Source: a virus (Duplodnaviria > Caudoviricetes). Taken from it: a stretch of DNA of 28,959 bases. Shown one piece after another: positions 10,242 to 18,700 of the stretch. The first letter of the stretch is position 1; every line of letters begins with the position of its first letter. Made by a program: the position numbers and the translations under genes. The stretch is from positions 1 to 28,959 of IMG/VR virus record IMGVR_UViG_3300009154_000207. One strand, written 5' to 3'. The notes below the pieces were generated by a model, which ran no database searches, was not told the DNA's origin, and saw only the letters and a program-made list of their open reading frames with translations.

Positions 10242-10695
10242 AACAGAGTAAAGCTACCGGATCATTTTGTGTAACAGAAGGAGATTCTACAGCTACACTG
10301 TTTTCGTAATCACCATAAGGATCATTACTCACTGTCTGTGGTATTTGAGAAACCTGTTGTTCAATTATAGCATAGGGAGAACGTTTAATTTTTTCTAAAA
10401 TTAATGTCAATAATTGGTTTGCTACGATATCTGACATACCAAAATTAACAAACTCAATAATATCTTGTTTTGTAAATTTACCCTTTAATACTTCGAATGG
10501 ATTAGCATAAGAACCAAAGACAAAATGAGGTAAATACTTGTTAGCTAATGCAGCACAGTCTTTAATTACATGAAAAGCGGCAGGTGTTTTAATAGTTATT
10601 CCAGTCTCAGGAGATTCAGATGCCTTTTTAGAAGGACCGTACAGCTTAGCTTCTTTTATCTGACTATTTTGTATAATTATTTCGATGAATTTCAT
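10222..10695 (-). CDS. Hypothetical protein (157 aa)
   Basis: ORF tiles the - strand operon and overlaps both neighbours by 20-32 nt. No motif recognised. Confidence 0.6.
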   Translation of the reverse strand: MKFIEIIIQNSQIKEAKLYGPSKKASESPETGITIKTPAAFHVIKDCAALANKYLPHFVFGSYANPFEVLKGKFTKQDIIEFVNFGMSDIVANQLLTLILEKIKRSPYAIIEQQVSQIPQTVSNDPYGDYENSVAVESPSVTQNDPVALLCYAFSVQ

Positions 10696-11371
10696 AGTGT
10701 TTAAGCATAGTTAAAATTTCATATTTCATAAACGACATTGGATAGTAATAAAACTTCTCAGTATTTCTATCATAATGCATAACTCCGAGTGTATTTAACC
10801 TACGACCTGTAATATTTTGAAACATAAAGGCATATAGAGATAATTGAAGACTATAGATAGAGTATTCACTGGCTGTTAAATGGTCTAAAGGATATAAGAG
10901 GTATTCATTATATTGATTAAAGAATGAAAACTTCTTATTGGTTTTAAGATCGAAGATGCTAAATCCACCGTTTTTGTCAATTCTTATTAAATCTGCAGTA
11001 CCTGCTAGCCTATGTTCATGTGAATATACTTGATGTTCTATAAGAAGTTCGTTTTTTCGCCTATCAATAACGTCTAAATCTAGATAAGCTTGAACAAAAG
11101 TCGTGTATTCCGGTTTAAATGTACCGGTTTTTAGATACGTCTCTATTACTGAATGTAATTCTGTACCGTAATCCTTACTCTTATCATTATCTTTTTTCCA
11201 CCTCTCCTGCACTTCTTCCTTTGTTGTCCCCTCTCTTTCAGCTATTCTTCGAGCAGCAGAGTCAGAATCAAAAGGCTTCTTAAACTTATGTATTAAAGAT
11301 GTAGCAGACGTATAGACCTCACCTGTAAATTCATTTTTATAGGAATGTAATATAGGATCAAAAACAAGCAT
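10664..11371 (-). CDS. PD-(D/E)XK superfamily exonuclease (phage type)
   Basis: SATSLI..., GTELHSVIE, EHQVYS..LAGTADLI..IFDLKT and YSLQLSLYA give the GT.xH / E / G..D / D.K / Q...Y motifs of RecB/Cas4-like nucleases. Confidence 0.85.
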   Translation of the reverse strand: MLVFDPILHSYKNEFTGEVYTSATSLIHKFKKPFDSDSAARRIAEREGTTKEEVQERWKKDNDKSKDYGTELHSVIETYLKTGTFKPEYTTFVQAYLDLDVIDRRKNELLIEHQVYSHEHRLAGTADLIRIDKNGGFSIFDLKTNKKFSFFNQYNEYLLYPLDHLTASEYSIYSLQLSLYAFMFQNITGRRLNTLGVMHYDRNTEKFYYYPMSFMKYEILTMLKHYEIHRNNYTK

Positions 11372-11377
11372 TAACTT

Positions 11378-11406
11378 ATGTTAATGTAATTATACTGTAA
11401 AATCAA
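11378..11406 (-). promoter_or_regulatory. Sigma70-like promoter of the nuclease gene
   Basis: TTGATT (11406-11401), 17-nt spacer, TAACAT (11383-11378), then 6 nt to ATG 11371. Confidence 0.45.
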
Positions 11407-11663
11407 ATTTTTTTCTTCTTTGCCTTTGGTTTAGATGTTTTAGGCTTTATATCTTCTTGTTCATTTAAAATATATGTACAGGTATAGCCTGTTTTAATCT
11501 CTGTTTTATGTACAAGGTTAAATTGTAGACTCAGTAAACGCTTGTTTAAAGCTGAAAACCATTGTTTCTTAACATTTATGATAACACTATTCTTACTATG
11601 ATCAACAAGAATAGCGTCAGTAAATTCTTCACAAATTGCCGAAACGATATCGATAATATGCAT
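11403..11663 (-). CDS. Hypothetical protein with Lys-rich C-terminus (86 aa)
   Basis: ORF with a TAAATA box 5 nt upstream of the ATG. Ends KPKTSKPKAKKKKI. Confidence 0.65.
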   Translation of the reverse strand: MHIIDIVSAICEEFTDAILVDHSKNSVIINVKKQWFSALNKRLLSLQFNLVHKTEIKTGYTCTYILNEQEDIKPKTSKPKAKKKKI

Positions 11664-11668
11664 ACATA

Positions 11669-11674
11669 TATTTA
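11669..11674 (-). promoter_or_regulatory. Late-promoter-like box TAAATA
   Basis: 5 nt upstream of ATG 11663. Confidence 0.6.
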
Positions 11675-11713
11675 ATCATTCTATAGGTACACTATATCAT
11701 TAAACCCCACATA

Positions 11714-11905
11714 TCATGTAGGTCTATCTGTGTTCTTTACAGTTTCTAAATTAGCAGATAATTTTTCATAAAGAGATGTAATAGACTCTCTATTTTTTTC
11801 ATCTAAGTTAAAAACACTTAAAAAAGTTTTTGTCAAAGTTACGAGATTTTCAAGATCTATAATTGAAAGTTCAATTGTTGAATCTACACTTGTATTTTCG
11901 CTCAT
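11714..11905 (-). CDS. Hypothetical protein (63 aa)
   Basis: Fills the gap. TATAAT lies 7 nt upstream of the ATG. Confidence 0.6.
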   Translation of the reverse strand: MSENTSVDSTIELSIIDLENLVTLTKTFLSVFNLDEKNRESITSLYEKLSANLETVKNTDRPT

Positions 11906-11941
11906 ATATATTATTATATATCTGTAACATTCTAGAAAGCC

Positions 11942-12409
11942 ATGTATATTTTTAATATAAAACCAACTCCGAAGTCGATCGATTGGTTTAAAGATAACGA
12001 TTACGACGTAAAGGCTATAGGTGCTGCATTGTCTCTTCTTTATTCAGAATTAGAACCTAGTATACAGAACAGAAAGATTACTTTAACTATACAAGTTGTA
12101 GAAGGAGCTGAGAAAAGTACATATATGTTTACAACAAACAAGATATGGCTATGCGATGAACCAGAAATCAATGCAAAATCCTCTAAACAAAAAACAATAG
12201 CAGTTTTTTCTCATTTTTTACATGAGTTCCGCCACTGGATGCAAAGTAGAGTGTATAAAATAAGTGGAACTAAGCTTTCCTATAATGAGGAAGATGTAGA
12301 ACGTAATACTAATGCCTATTTTAAAAATAAATACGAAGTTGATGCACGTAGATTTTCAAAACAATATATTTCTAAATTTTATAAATACTATAAAGCATTT
12401 AAACACTGA
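11942..12409 (+). CDS. Putative zinc metallopeptidase (zincin-like, HExxH)
   Basis: HFLHEFRHWMQ followed by Y..NKYEVDAR (downstream Glu). Only + strand gene inside the - strand block. Confidence 0.7.
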   Translation: MYIFNIKPTPKSIDWFKDNDYDVKAIGAALSLLYSELEPSIQNRKITLTIQVVEGAEKSTYMFTTNKIWLCDEPEINAKSSKQKTIAVFSHFLHEFRHWMQSRVYKISGTKLSYNEEDVERNTNAYFKNKYEVDARRFSKQYISKFYKYYKAFKH

Positions 12410-12602
12410 TAAAGGAGCTCATATAGGCACTCCATATTTTTTCAAGAAATTTTATCCTTAGTTTTGCTAAATCACACTTCTTACATCCCGAATCCACTAA
12501 ATTTTTTTCTTCTGATTGATATTCAATACGTAATTGCATGCAGTTCTTTATCGATTCAGGACACGGTTTACTAGAATCAAAAAATTCATCATACAAGGAC
12601 AT
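12399..12602 (-). CDS. Small Cys-containing hypothetical protein (67 aa)
   Basis: KPCPESIKNC...GCKKC. Starts 1 nt after the endolysin stop. Confidence 0.6.
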   Translation of the reverse strand: MSLYDEFFDSSKPCPESIKNCMQLRIEYQSEEKNLVDSGCKKCDLAKLRIKFLEKIWSAYMSSFISV

Positions 12603-12603
12603 A

Positions 12604-13215
12604 TTATATACAGGTTTCTACTAATTTAGCTTCAGCTTCCCTTCTTTCAATGAGACCATCCAACCCTTTACCTTGCCATATTCTTTTCATTTTTCTAAGC
12701 TCTTCAGCTATACCTTTATAATCTTTTTTAGGGATTAAATTTCGAATATTGCGCATTTCTAATCTACTATCACCCTTTATACTACTTCCGCGATTAAAAA
12801 TCAGTGAAACAATTGCACCGTATGCATTGTTACAAAGCTTATCTAATCCTGGAAATGTTTTTTCTGCTAAATTTGCAAACTTAGGCCAAGTCAGGGTTTC
12901 AAATATTTCTCTCGCCTGTTCCCAGGAAACAATTATACCTGCCTCTCTTAATGTTTTTGTGTATTCTTTGCCTGTGGTACCTGTTTTTCCGCTTGCCCCT
13001 TGTATCAAGTTAATCTGATCGGCTGGTAAGAAATGAAATATATTTGATAATTCATCTTTTGTATAATATCCACAATCTACACCGATGCCTACTGTCGGTC
13101 CTGATGCACCACCGGGCCAGGTAAATTTTGAGAGGTACTTGTCGTAGTATGTTTTACCTCCACCTACTTCATAATCAAACAATAATTTTAATGTCTCTGG
13201 AGATGGTGTTTTCAT
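12604..13215 (-). CDS. Endolysin, lysozyme-fold muramidase (GH24/pesticin-C-like)
   Basis: Catalytic-type FDYEVGG, WPGGASGPTVGIGVDCG, AIVSLIFNRG and C-terminal GLIERREAEA. ATGA-coupled to a membrane protein gene. Confidence 0.85.
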   Translation of the reverse strand: MKTPSPETLKLLFDYEVGGGKTYYDKYLSKFTWPGGASGPTVGIGVDCGYYTKDELSNIFHFLPADQINLIQGASGKTGTTGKEYTKTLREAGIIVSWEQAREIFETLTWPKFANLAEKTFPGLDKLCNNAYGAIVSLIFNRGSSIKGDSRLEMRNIRNLIPKKDYKGIAEELRKMKRIWQGKGLDGLIERREAEAKLVETCI

Positions 13216-13637
13216 TGTATTATATAATCATCTTCTTTTGCATTGTGAGTAAGGTTTTCAACAACCTCTTCTTTCATTACTTCTGTAACACCTTCAATAC
13301 TAGCATCAGAAGAGCTATTATATCTCAAATCCACAGCAGCTTGTACTCCGAGATATGAAGCAATAATAATTGCAAATATTTCTATTGTTTTAGAAAAGAT
13401 AGTTACAAATGCTGAAACATGTTCTGTTGTTTGTATATTTAATAAAATAGCAACACTTGAATAGTATAGAATACCAAGCATTAAAACTGATGTAAAGATA
13501 ATAAAAAACTTTTTAGAAGAAAGATGATTCGTCTCTTCCATTTTTTTCTTTAAATACGCAGGTGTATTAGGTGGAGCCTTACCGTTTTGTAGAAATGCAC
13601 TAGCAGATTGAACTATATTGACAACATTCTGCCACAT
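13212..13637 (-). CDS. Putative holin (2 TM helices)
   Basis: SSKKFFIIFTSVLMLGILYYSSVAILL and IEIFAIIIASYLGVQAAVD, resembling S(R/K)KF...Y..GQ...D holins. Acidic C-tail. 4-nt overlap with the endolysin gene. Confidence 0.7.
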   Translation of the reverse strand: MWQNVVNIVQSASAFLQNGKAPPNTPAYLKKKMEETNHLSSKKFFIIFTSVLMLGILYYSSVAILLNIQTTEHVSAFVTIFSKTIEIFAIIIASYLGVQAAVDLRYNSSSDASIEGVTEVMKEEVVENLTHNAKEDDYIIQ

Positions 13638-13642
13638 ATAGA

Positions 13643-13648
13643 TATTTA
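13643..13648 (-). promoter_or_regulatory. Late-promoter-like box TAAATA
   Basis: 5 nt upstream of holin ATG 13637. Confidence 0.6.
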
Positions 13649-13759
13649 TTATCTAAGATGAAATAGTAAACACTTTCCAACCATTAAGCCTAATAATAGA
13701 CTCCAAAGATAGATAGCGCGTTGAAGATAGATAGCACGTGTACGTTCGTCGTCAATCAT
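13649..13759 (-). CDS. Putative membrane micro-peptide (36 aa, not in ORF track)
   Basis: MIDDERTRAIYLQRAIYLWSLLLGLMVGKCLLFHLR*. One hydrophobic helix. Tiles the gap exactly. Confidence 0.45.
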   Translation of the reverse strand: MIDDERTRAIYLQRAIYLWSLLLGLMVGKCLLFHLR

Positions 13760-13770
13760 AACAATATACC

Positions 13771-13899
13771 CTAAAATAGGATACCAATGAGAAAGCCTAG
13801 TATGAATATAGCAATCGCAATTGCAGTCTTTGGATTATTAGATATCCAAAGTGTTGTATTATTAATACTGCTGGAAATAAATTGTAAAATTTTATCCAT
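13771..13899 (-). CDS. Putative membrane micro-peptide (42 aa, not in ORF track)
   Basis: MDKILQFISSSINNTTLWISNNPKTAIAIAIFILGFLIGILF*. C-terminal TM helix, with a TAAATA box 5 nt upstream of the ATG. Confidence 0.7.
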   Translation of the reverse strand: MDKILQFISSSINNTTLWISNNPKTAIAIAIFILGFLIGILF

Positions 13900-13904
13900 G
13901 TATA

Positions 13905-13910
13905 TATTTA
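13905..13910 (-). promoter_or_regulatory. Late-promoter-like box TAAATA
   Basis: 5 nt upstream of ATG 13899 (42-aa peptide). Confidence 0.6.
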
Positions 13911-13931
13911 ATCAAAAAACTATCAAAAATT

Positions 13932-14516
13932 TTAAAATAATGCAAACCTGCTGATTTTCAACCAGATATATCCAACAATACCTACAAGCAAGACACCAAT
14001 AGCCAGGGCTTCTTTAAAGATAATAGCATCTTTCTTATAAATTTCAGATTGAAGATGATTAAGATCTTTCACCATCTTATCATGCATTTCATTTTGCTTG
14101 GCTAATTCCTTATTATTTGTATCAAGCTGTTTAACCATATTCTTATTATCTTGTTCAAGCTGCTTTTTAATTTCTCTATCCTTCAATAAGCTCTGATATT
14201 CCGTAGATCCGACAACGATTACTTTATTATCCTTATATTGCTCAGGTACAATAACAACCCTCGTCTTTCCTGCTGTTTTTGCTGTTTTAATTACATCATC
14301 AGCCTGATAGACAGCACTTATTTTAATAGGATGCTTTGGAGGGTTGATAAACTTCGTTGTTTCGTTAGAATAAAAATAAGCTAAATCAACTCTTGCGTTA
14401 TTTAAGGAGTCGTTTGTCGCGTATACGTTTTGTTTTATAGCCTCAGATTGCTTTTCTGTATAGAGAATACAACTAGGAAGCAAAAACAATAATGCAAGTA
14501 AAGATATATACTTCAT
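13932..14516 (-). CDS. Lipoprotein with C-terminal TM helix; candidate unimolecular spanin (194 aa)
   Basis: A better start is the ATG at 14516: MKYISLLALLFLLPS-C (signal peptide II/lipobox, +2 residue Ile). Coiled coil REIKKQLEQDNKNMVKQLDTNNKELAKQNEMHDKMVKDLNHLQSEI, then TM ALAIGVLLVGIVGYIWL. Upstream of holin and endolysin. Confidence 0.65.
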   Translation of the reverse strand: MKYISLLALLFLLPSCILYTEKQSEAIKQNVYATNDSLNNARVDLAYFYSNETTKFINPPKHPIKISAVYQADDVIKTAKTAGKTRVVIVPEQYKDNKVIVVGSTEYQSLLKDREIKKQLEQDNKNMVKQLDTNNKELAKQNEMHDKMVKDLNHLQSEIYKKDAIIFKEALAIGVLLVGIVGYIWLKISRFALF

Positions 14517-14523
14517 ATTATTA

Positions 14524-14550
14524 ATTATATTCAAATATAGGTACAATCAA
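14524..14550 (-). promoter_or_regulatory. Sigma70-like promoter of the lipoprotein gene
   Basis: TATAAT (14529-14524) lies 7 nt upstream of ATG 14516. TTGATT at 14550-14545 gives a short 15-nt spacer. Confidence 0.35.
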
Positions 14551-14581
14551 CTCTTTTATATTAACCTGTTACGCTCTATAA

Positions 14582-15754
14582 TTAGTATCCTATTGCAAAC
14601 CAATAAAACCCCCAAATACCGTTGTTCACACCGGCGCCACCATAATCCACGTAAAAGTTTAAGGTTGTGGCATTAAAGTTTATTATTTCTAAAATACACT
14701 GACCCTTCGTTGATGCTTGGGTTGGATTACTCAACGTACAACTTACGTTTAGACAAGCAGTTGGAAACGGTACCGGAAAAGTATAGGTTTGTGCTGTATC
14801 TCCAGATGCATATCCTGTATTATTGAATCCCCATTGCATTATTATACCACCAGGTAGTTGCTGGTAACCATTAGTTGTTTTCGAGGACTGAAATTGATTA
14901 TTTAAACTAGTAAAAAGATTGAGTAATGTTTGCGTATCAACAGCGTTTTGTGATATAGTCTGTATTAAAGCATATTTAATACAGGGAAGAAGTGCGACGT
15001 TTTTTGGTCGTGTTTCAATGTCACCTGTTGAATTGAGATTAGCATAACCTGTGGCTATAGATACAGTACCATCATCTTCACTGGCAGCAAAATAATTGTG
15101 CCCGCCTCCTGTTACTTGTTTTTGAGAGGTTCTTAACGTAGCCGTAGTCGTAGAATTGGGATGTCCGTGACCACTATCTGTATGGGTATGGCTTTTGAAG
15201 CTATCTTCTTGATATGTGCCAAATGCTCTACCGTAATCAGCTTGTCTACCATTAGACCAACCTCTTATAAATTTACCAAGTAAATCAGGTAGCATAAAAG
15301 AATTTACACCATCACCTCCAAATCTAGTACCTATAACATTAAAGAGATCTGTATATGGAGCAGCAATTTGTAATGTTCTACCGTCACATATAAACCATCC
15401 CTCTGGCGCAGTAGGAGCTGCAAACCATGCAACAGTACCTAAAGGTACATTGTCAACAGGTGTCACTGTAGGTACACTTATTGTTATTGAATTACCGGTG
15501 GATGATATACTAACGTTATTACCAGCTTTAAGATTAATTGCTGTTAAACCTGATGTACCAGTATTACCTAGAAATTGATTAGGCCCTGGAATCAAAAGAC
15601 CAGTGAGACCAACACTAGTTGATCCAGGATTACATACTACCTGATTTATATTAATAATGTTATCAGTAGGATCCCCAGCACTGTCTGTAAAATTTCCTTT
15701 AATTGAATTTTTAGGTACAGTAATGAGCTCAGCGTTAATTACCTTAGTTGCCAT
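14582..15754 (-). CDS. Tail fibre protein with tail-collar domain and gp53-like C-terminal tip (390 aa)
   Basis: Collar VPLGTVAWFAAPTAPEGWFICDG..YTDLFNVIGTRFGGDG..FMLPDLLGKFIRG..ETRPKNVALLPCIKY. Tip NGYQQLPGGIIMQWG..FPVPFPTAC..YWFAIGY. Confidence 0.88.
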   Translation of the reverse strand: MATKVINAELITVPKNSIKGNFTDSAGDPTDNIININQVVCNPGSTSVGLTGLLIPGPNQFLGNTGTSGLTAINLKAGNNVSISSTGNSITISVPTVTPVDNVPLGTVAWFAAPTAPEGWFICDGRTLQIAAPYTDLFNVIGTRFGGDGVNSFMLPDLLGKFIRGWSNGRQADYGRAFGTYQEDSFKSHTHTDSGHGHPNSTTTATLRTSQKQVTGGGHNYFAASEDDGTVSIATGYANLNSTGDIETRPKNVALLPCIKYALIQTISQNAVDTQTLLNLFTSLNNQFQSSKTTNGYQQLPGGIIMQWGFNNTGYASGDTAQTYTFPVPFPTACLNVSCTLSNPTQASTKGQCILEIINFNATTLNFYVDYGGAGVNNGIWGFYWFAIGY

Positions 15755-15763
15755 TTGTAATAT

Positions 15764-15769
15764 TATTTA
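15764..15769 (-). promoter_or_regulatory. Late-promoter-like box TAAATA
   Basis: 9 nt upstream of ATG 15754. Confidence 0.55.
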
Positions 15770-15773
15770 TTGT

Positions 15774-18700
15774 CTAAGCCCCGGAGAGAGTATCTACAAT
15801 TAAGGGATCATGATCCACTTTCACACCTAACAAAAGAACGTTATTTTTGAAGGAATCAATATTATTGTTATAAACATCTGTTGCACCGGGTCTCTGAATA
15901 AAGAACCTACATAAATTTCCACGACTAATGCCTTGAAACAAGTCTGACAGTGACGGGAATAAGGTTGTGTTAACAATATCAGGGGATGTTATAACATCAC
16001 TTACTGAGACAGTAAGCGTTGTATCTATTTCCATTGTGCCACCATCGCCGAGAACAGTACCAGCTATTTCAAAATTTACACCACTGAGTGCATTAATCGC
16101 AGGGGATTCAGCAAACCCTGCTATACGCGCAAGATTATACCTAATATTACCATTAACATTAGTAAATGCGTCAGCTATAAGAACACCAGATAGTGGATTT
16201 GTATACGGGATTCTTAATAGTTGATTATTAGAAGTAAAATTCGTATTAACACGTGGAAGCCACTCTGATAATACGTTATCTTGCCCGACACTATTAGCTT
16301 TTGAAAGTGCTGCTAAGTTATAAACCTGCTTATTGTTAATTGTTCTAAATTTACCCGAAACATACACGGCAGAAAGACCCGGTGTTACACTATTATGCAT
16401 TTCAATATCAGAAACATAACGACCACCACCGCGAACATCGAGATCCCAGGTAGTGACTAGAGGGGGTGATTGTGTGCTTATCGATAGATTAAACGCAGCA
16501 AGTGTCGATTTACGGGTTGGTGTACCTGCTCCTGCTACTTTAAAATAATTAAATCTACCACCGGTATACAGTATGAGTTGATCGGGTGCTGAATCAACTT
16601 TAACTTTGTAAACATAATCATCAAAAATAGGCTGCCAATCAGTTAGAGTACCTGGTGAGGTATCTGTACGGTGTGCTGTAGCATATTGTCTTGTTCTTGT
16701 CGTTTTTGTCGCTCCAACAAGATGTCTCCCACCTGCAAATAAAACATTATTATAATAATCTAATGTATAGATTCTATACCTCCCCCCTCCATACGTTATA
16801 CTATTATTTACATTTGTTGTAAATGTAGTATCAATTGCATTACCAGAATCAAGAGCAGACATGTCTATACGCGTTAAATCTTTCATGGAATAAGACGTTC
16901 CACCTGTTCCCTGTTTACCGGAAGTCATAGATCCACCGACGTAGAGATACTTACCAGCGGATAGGAGATCACGAACCGTTTCATTTCGTTCAGAGAAAAA
17001 GAAGGGATAATAGTTATTCGTACCATTAAGATTCGACATATCTATAATTGTAAGCCCGCTACCGTAGGTAGGATGTGTAAACTCTCCACCAATACATAGA
17101 TATGTCTTTGAACCATATACAAACTGCTGTATGGCCCAAACGGTATTATTAAATCCATTTGTATTAAGAATATACGTACCCGTACTGGTTCCAGGAACCG
17201 ATGAAAGTGCACCTAATGTACCTAACCCCCGGTTTGAGCTCGGATATGCTCCACCTTTGAGATCAATGACAGCGAATTTATTTCTTACAGTACTACCTAT
17301 TTTTGAAAAATCACCCCCTACATATAAAATACTACCATTAGCATCTAAATACTGTGAATATATAGCTCTGTTTGGTGTGATAGGACTATACGAACCAGTT
17401 TTACCTGAACTGTTTGTTGCAAAAACTGTTACCGGAGACTGTGATAGCGATGTAACTGTCCAATACAGGGTAACAGAAGGTGTATAGCCTGTATCAGAAA
17501 TCGTTTCAAAAGATACAGCAGGCTTGTTTGTTTGTGCTATATTTGTTGACGGTAAACTATACATATTTATTAATGTACCGTCAGCTGTAGGGTATACTGC
17601 AGTTTTAGTAGAACCAGAAGGCCTAAGTTGTGTATAGTCAACAAATTTTAAGGAATTGGTATTAGATATAATAGTACCACCTGTTTGTTGATCAACTGTA
17701 AGAGTTATACCGGTACCGGGTTCAAGAATTAATGACGGTGATACATCTAAGTTTAGATTATAACCATCTGATTGAAGAACGAGGTTATCGCCTGTTGTTA
17801 GGGATATAGCTGATAAGCCAAATCCTGCATTACCGATAAAACTACTACTAGTACCTACAGTAACCGATTGTATATTACCGTTATTGTTAACGATTGCTTG
17901 ATTAGTACCTAAAATTAATGACGTAAGACCGCTACCGCTATTACCTAAAATTGTATTAGCGCTTAACGTTACACCCGCTACCGTAGTACCATTTTTATTA
18001 CCAAGTACTTGGTTAGCACCGAGTGCGACGCTCGTTCCTGTCGCAGTTGAAGCACCTGGATTAGCATATACACTATAAGGATTCAAGATAACATTTGCTG
18101 CATCTCTTGTAATTGGTACATATGCTAAAATAACCACCTTACTACCAGCAGGCGGTGGTGTTGTGAACGTAATTTTATAGGGTATATTATAGGGATTAAT
18201 TGTATAGTCCTTACCAGGCTCTTGTATTACACCGGTTATATCAACACGATAATTATTAGGATCTGTTGCAAGATTGGTATACCCTTGTAACAAAAATTCA
18301 TTAGCGGCACCATCTACACCGTTTGTATTATCAAATAAAAATTTAATTGGTGTCGTTAATTGTGTAAAAAAGGCTAAATTAATTAAATCATCACCACTTA
18401 TTGGTACAAAAGAGCTCTTTGCCCTCTGTGCACTTAATGTACCATAGACGTTTAATTTATTTAACCCCGTTGAATCAGCAACCCCACCAATACCCACGTC
18501 ACCATTTGCATTAATAACAAAAGGAGTATTATCATTTAATACATCATCAACTCTCAATGCATCGCCTGTCCCGCGCTGAATAATATGAACAGCAGGTGTA
18601 GCTGTGTTGATATTAGCTGTTAGTGGACCAGTTATAGTAGCATTACCTGATAGCGGTACAAAATTTGTTTGTACCCAATTATTAGCTGTTAGTAGACCAG

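Noticed and set aside
10664-11371. Nuclease as Cas4 of a CRISPR system
   Set aside because: It lacks the Cas4 Fe-S cysteines, and there are no cas genes or array nearby. It is a generic phage PD-(D/E)XK exonuclease.
14517-14546. ORF-track start at 14546 for the lipoprotein
   Set aside because: It is a TTG inside the promoter-like region. The ATG at 14516 gives a canonical signal peptide II.
14582-14760. Slightly GC-richer fibre tip as a diversity-generating retroelement variable region (prompted by the Mtd-N-like domains)
   Set aside because: No template repeat, reverse transcriptase or C-type-lectin tip is visible in the window, and the Mtd-N-like anchor alone does not imply a DGR.
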